A DNA stretch of 64,000 nucleotides from Candidatus Latescibacterota bacterium (GTDB lineage: Bacteria > Latescibacterota > UBA2968 > UBA8231): contig OZ242318.1 of assembly GCA_965208105.1 (NCBI GenBank), positions 2,912,001 through 2,976,000 on the forward strand, in the 5' to 3' direction. The notes beneath the pieces are model-generated. The model had not been told where the DNA came from. It worked only from the letters and a program-made list of their open reading frames with translations, and ran no database searches. Below, piece after piece: positions 30,862 through 40,967 of this stretch (within the stretch, counting starts at the first letter, position 1; the number at the start of each line of letters is the position of its first letter). The translations under genes were made by a program, and so were the position numbers.

Positions 30862-32751
30862 ATGCAAACGACCTACGAAGAGCAACTGAGCTCACTGTTT
30901 GGTAGTTACAAGGCGGAGTGGCTCCGAGACCAAATCTTCGATCTCTTTGCAGAACCGTCCTATCTGCCTGAATTAGCCACGGCGCGCCCTTGCGTATTAG
31001 TGGGTGGAAGAGGTACCGGTAAAACTACCGTCCTAAGAGGACTTACCTACGAAGGCCAAATGGCCCTTTATGGGGAGGGTCTAAATGACCCGGAAGATCT
31101 TCCTTTCGTGGGTCTTTACTATAGAGTGGAAACTAGCAAGGTCTCCTACTTCAACGGTCCTGAACTGCAGCAAAGGGAGTGGGAGAGACTCTTTGCGCAT
31201 TACCTCAATCTCATTTTCTGCAATCTGATCGCGGACTTTATAGAGTGGTATGGTGAGGCATCTGCAACACCGATTGTTATTTCGGCCGACGAGTGTAAAC
31301 GGGTTGCGGATAGCCTACATTTGGGTCCCGTGAAGAATGTCTCTCAGTTGTGCGATTCTCTAAGAGTGAGGAGCACCAAGTTTGAGGCGGCGGTGAACAA
31401 TGTTGCTGATAGCTCGAATTTGGCCCTGTCCATGCTCGGTGCTCCAGTTGAATACTTCACCTCTGCGCTTCTTGACCTACCTCAATTTTCTGGCAAGCAA
31501 TTCTTCATACTGATTGACGAGTATGAAAACTTCACCGACTACCAACAGCAGGTCTTAAATACCCTTATTAAGCACACCAAACCAGCCTACACGTTCAAAG
31601 TTGGCGTGAGGAGGCTCGGGTGGCGCGTACGTTCAACTTTGAACCAAGAAGAACGACTGATCAGTCCTGCTGACTACGTTGTTGTCGACATTGAAAGTAG
31701 ACTCCAAGGCAATTTCGATACATTCGCAGAATCAGTATGTAACGCCCGCCTGAATCAATTCGAAAAGCAGTCAGGAGAATCTGTCCTGCCCGTGCGAGAT
31801 GCACTGGCTTCCCTTACCGAAGACAGCGAAGCCGAATTGTTGGGGGTAGGTGAAGTGGATTTCGGTCAACAGTTGGCCGACCCCACCGATGAACTAGCGA
31901 GATTTTTCCAAAATCTCACACCCCTTCAGAAGTATTTCCTCTTCTACTGGTCTAGGTGTAAGGGCTCCAGCCTTACAAAATTGACACAGGAAGCATACAA
32001 GGAGCCTAGACGGTTTAAAACTAGATATAACAACTATAAGCATGCAATTCTCTATACGATTCGTCGCGGCAAGTCAGGAGTTCGCAAGTATTATTGCGGA
32101 TGGGAAGTATTTACTAAACTTGCCTCCAACAACATTAGGTATCTTCTTGAGTTGGTAGACCGATCTTACGTGATGCATCTAAAATCGGATGAAACGTTGG
32201 ACGCCAATATTCGCCCTCAAGTCCAGACGCAAATCTGCCAAGAAGTTGCAAGAAAGAACCTACGTGAACTGGAAGGCCTAAGTGTCGATGGGGCGCATTT
32301 GACCAAACTTTTACTTGGACTTGGGAGGATTTTTCAAGTAATGGCGCTGCAGCCGGAAGGACATGCTCCCGAGGTTAACCAGTTTGATTTATCACGCGAG
32401 ACTAGCGACATCGGAGGAAGTGGAAGCTCGGAAAACATCGATGTGGACCGATTACTAAAGGCAGCTGTTATGCATTTAGTGCTTTTGCAATCGCCTGGAA
32501 ATAAGCTGGCTGATGAAGGGGACACAAGGGATTCGGATTACATGATTCATCCAATTTTCAGTCCGTTCTTTGAGTACAGCTACAGGCGCAAGAGAAAGAT
32601 GAAGCTGGCACCTGGGGAACTCGGGGCATTGGTTGCCAATCCCAGGGAGACGATAAGGGCAATACTAAAAAGAATGGGCCGAAATGATAATTCTGGAATG
32701 GAACTCCCACCCCAGCTGATGCTGTTTAGCCCATATTATGAGAGCACCTAG
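30862..32751 (+). CDS. ORC/CDC6-like (STAND-type) P-loop ATPase
   Basis: Walker A GGRGTGKT, Walker B ILIDEYE, NNIRYLLELV; 11-bp gap from the upstream gene. Confidence 0.8.
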   Translation: MQTTYEEQLSSLFGSYKAEWLRDQIFDLFAEPSYLPELATARPCVLVGGRGTGKTTVLRGLTYEGQMALYGEGLNDPEDLPFVGLYYRVETSKVSYFNGPELQQREWERLFAHYLNLIFCNLIADFIEWYGEASATPIVISADECKRVADSLHLGPVKNVSQLCDSLRVRSTKFEAAVNNVADSSNLALSMLGAPVEYFTSALLDLPQFSGKQFFILIDEYENFTDYQQQVLNTLIKHTKPAYTFKVGVRRLGWRVRSTLNQEERLISPADYVVVDIESRLQGNFDTFAESVCNARLNQFEKQSGESVLPVRDALASLTEDSEAELLGVGEVDFGQQLADPTDELARFFQNLTPLQKYFLFYWSRCKGSSLTKLTQEAYKEPRRFKTRYNNYKHAILYTIRRGKSGVRKYYCGWEVFTKLASNNIRYLLELVDRSYVMHLKSDETLDANIRPQVQTQICQEVARKNLRELEGLSVDGAHLTKLLLGLGRIFQVMALQPEGHAPEVNQFDLSRETSDIGGSGSSENIDVDRLLKAAVMHLVLLQSPGNKLADEGDTRDSDYMIHPIFSPFFEYSYRRKRKMKLAPGELGALVANPRETIRAILKRMGRNDNSGMELPPQLMLFSPYYEST

Positions 32752-33691
32752 CAAGTCGCCAACCTTCACAGTCACCTTCTCTGATCAATCCGAATTTTTT
32801 CCAGACGCAGGCAGTGCTTACCTGTATGGCGTGTCGGTAGAGGACCGAAGCACGGTGCCGATGGAACTTGGGGCAAAGGCGAACAGCGTGAAATTTATAC
32901 CGCTTACAGCGGAGGAGGACAAGCCATCTTTTGCGCTAGAGGGATCCTCACCTCCGCGTTCGTTTTCACTCCGGAGCAATACTAGCCTCCGAACGTTCGT
33001 TGATGACTTAGGTACGAATGACTGCTATCTGGACATTAGCGGATTGCGACACCATGTATGGGCACCAGTACTTCGGGGACTGCTAACTGCAGGAGTTCGA
33101 GTTAGAGTCGTGTATGTGGAGCCGGGTGATTATGCCCCATTCGCCATCCAGGCGACAAGTTGGATATACGACCTGGGTGGGGCAGGGATCAGAGGAGTTA
33201 AATCAATTCCGGGTTTCGCGACCCTGTTTCGCGGATCTCATGAAACTTATTGCTTCGTCCCGTTGCTTGGGTTTGAAGGCGCGCGATTTGCCCATATGCT
33301 GGAGCAAGTACAACCTGTTCCGGAAAGAGTGATTCCTATTGTTGGTGTGCCGGGATTTCGACCTGAGTACCCTTATCGTACTTATCAGGGAAATAAGCAG
33401 CCGCTAATCGACTCAAAGAGCTGGCGGAATGTGAGATTTGCCGTCGCAAACTGCCCGTTCGCTGCATACTATGAAATTGAAGAAATTGCAAAAGAGTTTC
33501 CCGATTGCAGGGTGCAGATAGCTCCTATCGGTACCAAACCTCATGCACTCGGAGGCATTCTCTATACTATTTGCCATCCTGAAAGGGCTGAACTGATCTA
33601 TGATCATCCGGTTCGCCAACAGAAGCGAACATCAGGTAAGTACCGCGTCCTGGTTTATGATGTGAGTAAGATTGCCAACAAGTATGTCTGA
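32738..33691 (+). CDS. Hypothetical protein with CARF-like Rossmann motifs
   Basis: LDISGL, VYVEPGDY, LLGFEGAR, IAPIGTKPHALG, LIYDHP; overlaps the ATPase by 14 bp. Confidence 0.6.
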   Translation: MRAPSKSPTFTVTFSDQSEFFPDAGSAYLYGVSVEDRSTVPMELGAKANSVKFIPLTAEEDKPSFALEGSSPPRSFSLRSNTSLRTFVDDLGTNDCYLDISGLRHHVWAPVLRGLLTAGVRVRVVYVEPGDYAPFAIQATSWIYDLGGAGIRGVKSIPGFATLFRGSHETYCFVPLLGFEGARFAHMLEQVQPVPERVIPIVGVPGFRPEYPYRTYQGNKQPLIDSKSWRNVRFAVANCPFAAYYEIEEIAKEFPDCRVQIAPIGTKPHALGGILYTICHPERAELIYDHPVRQQKRTSGKYRVLVYDVSKIANKYV

Positions 33692-34763
33692 GGGACCTAC
33701 CTTTCAGGACAGGCACTACACACCTCGCCCTATCGCGGATCTGATGGTGGCAACGGTGCGAAAACGATCACCCAAGATTGTTGCGGATTTTGCGGCAGGC
33801 CACGGGGAATTGTTGCAGGCAGCAGTAAGGCGGTGGAAGGACGTAATAATTGTAGGGACGGATATTGATGCAGGCGCCATACCTACTCTACGAAAACAGT
33901 TTTCTCATCAGAGATTTGGCAAATGTGATTTCCTGAATCCCCGGTCGAGAGCCCACTGCCATGCGCTCCAGGGCGATACTCCGGATGTCGTTCTTCTCAA
34001 CCCACCCTTCTCTTTCCGAGGAGGTACGAGACACACTATTCAATACGAAGGGGACCTCTTTCGGTGTACCCCCGCCCTATCCTTTCTGGCAATTTCGCTG
34101 TCATACCTTTCTCCCCGAGGCGAGTTGGTGGCGCTGCTTCCAGCGAGTATAGCTACCTCCGAAACTGGTCACGATTTGTGGGAGCTGATTTCAAAGCAGC
34201 ACAGTTTAAAGGTCATTTCAAGACACGATACTAGCGGCTTTCGTGGGTGTCGTGCCCGGACACTATTGGTGCGCCTAAGGCGTGGTGTAGTCAGACATGA
34301 TGAGCCAATTTGCACATTGGTCAAGTGTGAAGATGATATCAATGTACAGGTGGTCCGAGGAGTAGTTCCAGTCCATACTCTCAATGGCGACGGTAGATCT
34401 GGTCGCCCACTGATCCATACAACTGATCTGCAAGACGGCACGATAGGACCCGGTCCCGGACGAACCAATGACCTAAGAAGGTCCTTGTCTGCTCCTGCAG
34501 TCCTTCTTCCAAGAGTTTGTGCCCCCATGATGGGAAAGGTCTGTCTTTACGAAAGTGGTAGAGAAGTTGTTCCATCGGATTGCGTCATCGGCCTCGAATG
34601 TTCACGTGTATGCGATGCGAGAGAGGTATTTGATCGAATTAGGAACAATTGGATTTTGTTTAGCCGAGCGTATGATGGAACGTGTGCGCAATATACGACC
34701 GTGCAGCGGCTACAGACTGCCCTCGGAGATCTTGGAGTCTTATCTATTGCGCGGGTGAGTTGA
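33684..34763 (+). CDS. N6-adenine DNA methyltransferase (gamma-type) with C-terminal TRD-like region
   Basis: HYTP, DFAAGHGELL (motif I), LLNPPF (motif IV); ATG 33684 overlaps the upstream stop. Confidence 0.8.
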   Translation: MSEGPTFQDRHYTPRPIADLMVATVRKRSPKIVADFAAGHGELLQAAVRRWKDVIIVGTDIDAGAIPTLRKQFSHQRFGKCDFLNPRSRAHCHALQGDTPDVVLLNPPFSFRGGTRHTIQYEGDLFRCTPALSFLAISLSYLSPRGELVALLPASIATSETGHDLWELISKQHSLKVISRHDTSGFRGCRARTLLVRLRRGVVRHDEPICTLVKCEDDINVQVVRGVVPVHTLNGDGRSGRPLIHTTDLQDGTIGPGPGRTNDLRRSLSAPAVLLPRVCAPMMGKVCLYESGREVVPSDCVIGLECSRVCDAREVFDRIRNNWILFSRAYDGTCAQYTTVQRLQTALGDLGVLSIARVS

Positions 34764-35059
34764 TTATCACCAACAATTAAATCTGGGCGAGCCTGTGCAT
34801 AGAGAATATTAGGCACCGAAATCGGTACTCTTCAGTTTGCTGAGAACGTACCCAAGGGTCCAGCTGGATCGATGGAGTTACTTCGGTTTGGTGGACAGGC
34901 TGAGCCCGATTGGGTTGAGGCGGACCGATTTTACTGTGGATATAGTAGGCCGTATGAAATCCAGGGTTTCCTTACCCCTCCCCCAATTCGAGCCAACCCC
35001 AGTTGCCTGGGTCAACATGGCCCGCATCGTGCAAGTCCTCGCCTGCCTTTCCCTGAGGC

Positions 35060-35440
35060 TGTCATGGAGCTCAAAGCAACCTGCGTAGGCATTGGTGTAG
35101 CCGAGGCTAAAATGGATATCGCCATCATTCCCTCGAACGACCGATGTGAGATCTCCCGTAACCAGTCAGGAATTCGTAAACTGGCCTCCCACCCGAAGAC
35201 GCTGGATCCCATTCAGGTCATGCTGGAGGATTCAGAGGGCATGGATGTTCCCCTGGTGGCCGCCCGCATGCCCAAGGCAATGACCCATGCTGGTCGCCGG
35301 GAAGATACCCCCCAGAGCTCGGTGGTTTCCTGTCCCTCCACCCATCGAAGCCCTCGTGGCTGCCTGGAGGGGGAGTTGGAAGCCTTGGACCAGAGCCTTC
35401 GGCAGGAGCTCCACCAAAGTCCCCCGTGGCGAGAATAGGA
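35060..35440 (+). pseudogene. Degenerate IS110-family transposase remnant
   Basis: CVGIGVAEAKMDIAI...RNQSGIRKL...VMLEDSEG resembles a decayed DEDD N-terminus. Confidence 0.55.
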
Positions 35441-35917
35441 TGACCTCCTGCTCACCTTCTGAGGCCGACGCGCACTGGTTTGCTCCGCATGGATTCGCAG
35501 ATTCTCAAACCTTGGCAGGGCGATGTCATGGATTTTCTGCAACGGAGACATCGCGAAGTACCTTCACTGGGAATACGGAATGCAGGACAGAAAATTTTTA
35601 ATTTTTCTCAATTTGAGAAATTGGTGGCCGGAGAATGGCTTATCCTGAATTTCCTGGTTAAAAAAAACCAGGCTGTTTTCAGGACAAACAACCTTGTGTC
35701 TGTTTTATATATAGTTGTAATTTATATAGTTATAACGGAAATAAAAGGGCATCACTATTTCGATTCAGGTATGGAGTTTCGCTTTTCTGACCCACATTTA
35801 AGCAGCCTTCCGGATTTCGACCGGAGGAAGGAAGGGTTGCAGGCTTCCTCCAAGTTCCGCGCTCACAGGGGCCTGATCCCAAGTTAAAACAGGAAGTTAG
35901 CCTTCTTTACTTACAAG

Positions 35918-37077
35918 GTGAATCTGGATATCTTTGGTATAATTCCCTTTTCGAAAGTAGGGACTGAAATGAGGTCTGTAGAGAGGAAGTCGGTAAGAAA
36001 ACGATTGAGGGTTTTAAAGCTGGCAGAGAGATTGGGCAACGTTTCCGAAGCGTGCAGGCGCGGGGGCATAAGCCGCACCCGGTTTTACGAGTATAAGAGG
36101 CGCTATCAAATCCACAGCCTGAATGGTCTGGTGGACCGGCCACCCATCCACAAGTCTCACCCTCAAACCACCCCGCCTGAAGTGGTCCGGAAGATCCTGG
36201 ACCTGGCCTTGGCGCATCCTGCCCACGGCTGCCATCGACTGTCCAAGCTTCTCCAATCAAATGGTGTGTCGGTTTCGGGAATTACCATCCGGAAGATTTT
36301 GCACAGGCAGGGGATGGGCGCCCGGCAAGAGCGTCTGCTCAAGCTGGAGAACATCACTGGTGCGCAGGACATGCTGAGCCCGGAGCAGATGGCGGCCATG
36401 GAGAAGGGCAATCCCTGCTTTCGGGAACGGCATGGGGAAAGCGTGTCCCCGGCTGAGTTGTTGTGTCAGAACACCTTTACATGGGTACCTCCCGCCACAT
36501 CGGCCCGGTCTACCTGCAAGCCGTTGTGGATACCTATGGAAGCATTGCCTTCGGGTATCTGCACACCGGCAAATCTCCCGAGCATGCCGTGACCATTCTG
36601 CACCAGCACGTGCTGCCTTTTTACTTGGCCTGGGGTCTGGAGGTGGAGGCTATTCTGACCCATAACGGCGGGATGTATTGTGGGCACCCATCCCACCCTT
36701 TTGAAAACTATCTCAGCCTCAACAACATCGACCACCGTAAAACGAAGGTGGGAAGTCCCAAGCCTCATGGCTTTGTGGAGCGGTTCCACCGTACGGTGAT
36801 GAACGAATTCTTTCGCACGGCCAGCTTCCCGGTGACCTACAAGCAGGTGCTCGACCTGCAGAAGGAGTTGGACGGGTGGGTCGAGCGACACAATTTCGAG
36901 CGGCCTCATAAAGGCTATCGAAATTGGGGCAAGCTACCGGTTGACACGGTCATTCCGTTCAGTAAACCGGTTTGGGAAATGCCTGGGGGTGGAAATCCTG
37001 TGAGGATCTTGCCATTAGGGTTTTTGATCGAAATGTTGAACAGAACAAGACGCAAGTGGCCAAGGACAACGCTATAA
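35918..37077 (+). mobile_element. IS481-family transposase, frameshifted (two ORFs)
   Basis: LKLAERLGNVSEACRRGGISRTRFYEYKRRY HTH; VYLQAVVDTY, ILTHNG, HGFVERFHRT and RPHKGY integrase core in the second frame. Confidence 0.85.
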
Positions 37078-37151
37078 TCAACCTTCCTGAAGTCCAAATC
37101 AATATGACTTTTCCTGGACTCATTTAGAAGGGCAAGGTCAATGGTGACGAA

Positions 37152-37307
37152 ATGCATATCGACACAGAGAACGGGAAACTATACTGGCACCACAGCTGGT
37201 ATGAACTCTTTCGGTCCAACCTCGACGGGACCAACGTGGAAAAGTTAAGGCTCCCGATCAACACCGGCCAAGCAACCGCGATTGTGTTCCCTTGTGACAG
37301 CAATTGA
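37152..37307 (+). pseudogene. Fragment of an LDL-receptor class B (YWTD-like) repeat protein
   Basis: Manual translation IDTENGKLYWHHSWYELFRSNLDGTNVEKL; in-frame stop just upstream. Confidence 0.5.
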
Positions 37308-37534
37308 CAGCCGCCCAGCCGTACAGTGAGATACTTGGACCTTGAGACCAAGCCCCCCTCAGAGGGTCGAGCGCGGTGCCTCGCTGTCCCAATGGTGTTA
37401 CCAGCACCATAGGACGGCGACACAGAATAGACGGTTTCCGTGTCGCAAGGTTCAAATTTCAGGGACAGTTCCGCGTCAATTCGGAGGAGGTCTTTCATAT
37501 ACCCCTCAATACATAAAGTCTAGCCCAATATTTC

Positions 37535-38104
37535 TCAGAGAAAATCATCAAAGGCCAGTCCTAAGGTAAGGCGAAGTCGATTGAATGCGTCCGGATCGTG
37601 GAACACCCTGGTTAAGTCGGCTGCGAGGCGGATGGATGTGGTCTCTGACAGGTGAAAATCAAGGCCCACCCCGGGTTGAATCATATCGGCCGATTTTGAT
37701 CCCGATTCCTCCCTGTAAAAACCGCAATAGCCCGGATTTCTGAGTTTGGCGCAGACCACATTGGCCTTCCATGTGACTTTCTCTCTACCTGCATATAGCC
37801 GGAAAAAGGGCGTGACCGCCTCGTCTGGGTTCGACAGCTGCATGCCTCCCGCAAAGGTGATCAGGCTAGCGCGGAATTTAACAGGCGAGTCAAAAATGGT
37901 TTCCTCCTTAGTATCTGTGCTTCGGTTGAACCCTACCATAAGGTCTACCTTTTCATGGACGGGGAATCCTACGGACAACCAGAATCCAGCCGTAGCGGAG
38001 TCGTTGTTCGTATCGAGGAGATATTGATAGCCAGCCGATCCGATCTGGGCATGAGCAGGAAGAATGCCCGCCAACAAGACGATGAGAAAATACGCAGTGT
38101 GCAA
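37535..38104 (-). CDS. Outer-membrane beta-barrel protein (OmpA-like/Omp_b-brl)
   Basis: Signal peptide; alternating beta strands; VTPFFRLYAG, PGVGLDFHL, terminal LGLAF. Confidence 0.7.
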   Translation of the reverse strand: MHTAYFLIVLLAGILPAHAQIGSAGYQYLLDTNNDSATAGFWLSVGFPVHEKVDLMVGFNRSTDTKEETIFDSPVKFRASLITFAGGMQLSNPDEAVTPFFRLYAGREKVTWKANVVCAKLRNPGYCGFYREESGSKSADMIQPGVGLDFHLSETTSIRLAADLTRVFHDPDAFNRLRLTLGLAFDDFL

Positions 38105-38369
38105 GTGGAGTTACCCCGATTTTGTGGACAGGTTGGATTTGATATTTCAGGAAGTCGGATAATTTCCTGGTGGCTTCAATATACACTTTCGGTGTGATTT
38201 CAAGGTGAAAATCCGCCAAATTATTGTGGTATTTTTATGGAAAATCGTCCTTTCCTTTAATCCTTTAACTCCGACGGCCTGCTTGATGAAGTGAGGCCCC
38301 CGGGGATGTGTTCGGACCGTTTAGCGAAGGAGGGCATCCCAAAAAGCTGCCCCTGACCTGGAGAGGGGA

Positions 38370-38500
38370 ATGAAGTCTGCTGAGGAATTTGAACGAGAGA
38401 AGGAGGTCTTGTGGGAGCTCGTTGCCCGGTTGAGCGAGGCCTGCCAGCGCATCAACCAGAACATCGACTTCGCTATGGTGCTACAAGGAGTTCTGATCCC
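38370..38500 (+). pseudogene. N-terminal fragment of a GAF-containing sensor/regulator
   Basis: LSEACQRINQNIDFAMVLQGVL resembles the helix preceding a GAF domain; downstream sequence does not continue the family. Confidence 0.4.
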
Positions 38501-38729
38501 TGCCCATTCTGTACAACCACACCGCTACTGCGTAGGACCTACGGACGTGGTTGAAGCAGATTCCCTGACTTCCTCGAATCCTTCGATTGGTTCAAGGGAG
38601 AAAATCGAGGAGCTACCCGAGTGCACTGCCGGTGGCAAGGAAATTCCATGGTCAGACTGACGCCGCAAATTCTGCCCACCCTGCACCGCCCGCCGTTGAG
38701 GCCCTTGAGGTCGCGCTTACCTGTGTAGA

Positions 38730-39076
38730 GGTCTCAAATGCGAGTGCGTTTATCTGCACGAATTCGAGGATGGGCGTCAGGCGCGTCAGACCATCGCGAA
38801 CTGGCTGCGGTATTACAACGAAGATCGGCCTCATTCCAGCCTGGCGGGGAACCGGACGCCGATGGGGGCCTACACAGGGCGCAAAGCGGCATGAACGCGG
38901 AAGAAACGCTGTGGATCCTTGGCTCAGGCCAGGTGGTCTATAGCGTCAACCAGCAAAACGGCCAAGTCGGAAAGGAGACCTCCGAGAATCCAGGGAAAAG
39001 CAGGGTACCAAATCAACCAGGATGAATCCACTTCAATCCTGCTGCCAGGCTGTCCAAAGAATGGGATCCACCTCTA
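38730..39076 (+). mobile_element. IS3-family 3' remnant with right inverted repeat
   Basis: LKCECVYLHEFEDGRQARQTIANWLRYYNEDRPHSSL; end CTGTCCAAAGAATGGGATCCACCTC. Confidence 0.7.
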
Positions 39077-39528
39077 CCCCGGGCATGGAACGCCGATCCC
39101 ATGAGTTGCTGAGGATCAAATAATTCAATATGCTTTCAAACTACCGCAGGAAGGAAGGTGACATCTTGGGCAGCTTAACCTAAATTCGCGTTCAAAACTT
39201 CCGCATTCTCGCGCACCTCCAAGCCATCAATCGCGTGCTCGTGACCAGTCTTGAAGAGTGTGAAGGAGGCGTCGAACCAATCCGTAATTCCAAAGGTAAG
39301 CTAAAGAACAGTATCCGGACTTTATGCCTCATATGCTTTCTCGAAAGGAGACGTGTGTTTCCCTGCGGACGATGTGCGCCTGGATGTACCTGGCCATTGG
39401 AGAACCCGCAAGTGACAAATACCAACTCTTGGACGGTTGCTACAACGAAGTAACCAAGTCCAAAATCTGCGCTTTGCCTCCAGCGAGGCCAGAGGTGTTG
39501 GACTAAGAACACTTAATCAGAGATTCCT

Positions 39529-40794
39529 ATGTTTTCGGCCACACCAATACAAGTGGGCAAGTTGACAATGACATCAAAAAGCCACGAGCAGCTAAATCCC
39601 TTCTCGAAACGTCTCGACTCGATCACCGATTCCATTGGGAGGCTTGTCACGAGAGAGGAAGACCTCGTTCGCGACTTGCAATGGTATAATACGACGGACC
39701 GGAAAATCCTTGGAGAAGAATTGCAAGAGAAACGTGCTAAAGCCGAAAGTTTAATCCTCAGTTTAGAAAAAAAAGAAGCGGAAATCGCCGCAAACCAGCG
39801 AGACATCGATACCCTCTCTTCGAGCTTAGGGTCGCCTTTCAATCCCCGTAACTGGATTGACAATGATCAGAGGGAACTACGGCGAAGGCGCCGTTGGTTG
39901 AAATCGGTCGACAAGAAAAGGATAGCAGAATGGCAAGAGATCGAGAAATCTCAACAATCCACACACAAAGATATCGAATCCATCAAGGCAAACATACAAC
40001 GGTACGATTCTTTTGACCCTGAATGTCGACAAGGGGAATTACAAGCACTTCAAGATCAAATTGCTTCGAAAAAGAAGAAGGCAGAACAAATCGCTGATCA
40101 GAAGGCGCGGATCGATCATGCATTAGAGCCATTAAATCACGAACTAAAAGTTCTTGAGTCACGCAGAGAGACCGCAGAATTGAATAGATGTCGGGCTAAG
40201 GATCTGGTCGATCAATTATCGACTGCTCGTAATCCTTATGAACGGGCGAAGATACACGAACAATGTGAAGATGAATTCGGCCAAGATAGCCCAAGGCAGG
40301 TTGCAAAAATCTACGAGAATGAGGCCGGTCAATTAGACCAAGAACTAAGAAAGGTTGAGAAACGGGCGCGGGAGATTGTCGAGAGAACCTCCCGAAAAAT
40401 CGAACGAACATATAAGGAAGGCGGGAGTCTGCAGGTTGCAGTAGATCACCTCAATGCTGCCCGTGCACTTGTTTCGAACGACCCACCTAAGGCTGTCGGC
40501 ATCTGCCGTCTATTAGTAGAGGCCTTGGATAAGGATCTGCAGGATCAAGAGTACGGAAGGATCACCGACTATCTGACGGCATGTACCGACAAAAGACGCG
40601 GCGAGCAGTACGGACGAATTGTAGCCTCCATCAAGCAACTGGCCAATATGAACCACCACGATTATGGCCGGAGAAGCGTGTTCACAAGGGCCGAGGCGCT
40701 GGCTCTGGTGAGAATATGTGAAGCGTTGCTCCTCATGGTGGGTGAGCTGACACGGTCACTGCCCGCAGGTTTGGAAGAGGACGATCAGGGATAG
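39529..40794 (+). CDS. Coiled-coil protein with C-terminal helical (HEPN/Abi_C-like) domain
   Basis: Long heptad-rich region, then AVGICRLLVEAL...ANMNHH...EALALV. Confidence 0.6.
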   Translation: MFSATPIQVGKLTMTSKSHEQLNPFSKRLDSITDSIGRLVTREEDLVRDLQWYNTTDRKILGEELQEKRAKAESLILSLEKKEAEIAANQRDIDTLSSSLGSPFNPRNWIDNDQRELRRRRRWLKSVDKKRIAEWQEIEKSQQSTHKDIESIKANIQRYDSFDPECRQGELQALQDQIASKKKKAEQIADQKARIDHALEPLNHELKVLESRRETAELNRCRAKDLVDQLSTARNPYERAKIHEQCEDEFGQDSPRQVAKIYENEAGQLDQELRKVEKRAREIVERTSRKIERTYKEGGSLQVAVDHLNAARALVSNDPPKAVGICRLLVEALDKDLQDQEYGRITDYLTACTDKRRGEQYGRIVASIKQLANMNHHDYGRRSVFTRAEALALVRICEALLLMVGELTRSLPAGLEEDDQG

Positions 40795-40799
40795 GACGC

Positions 40800-40963
40800 C
40801 TATACTCCCAAACCCGGCAGGCCAAGGTGCATGGCGAAGCCTCGGGAGCGGACCGGTTCGACCATCTATTGGCGGAACTCGGGGGATTGGGAATACGTGA
40901 TTTAGGCATGAGGGGCTCCTTTTCATCAGGTGATAAGGTACCCACCAAACCAGGGCGACTCCA
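40800..40963 (-). mobile_element. IS3-family left-end remnant
   Basis: TGGAGTCGCCCTGGTTTGGTGGGTACC terminus, AAGGAG RBS and decayed OrfA start MPKSRIP. Confidence 0.6.
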
Positions 40964-40967
40964 CTTC

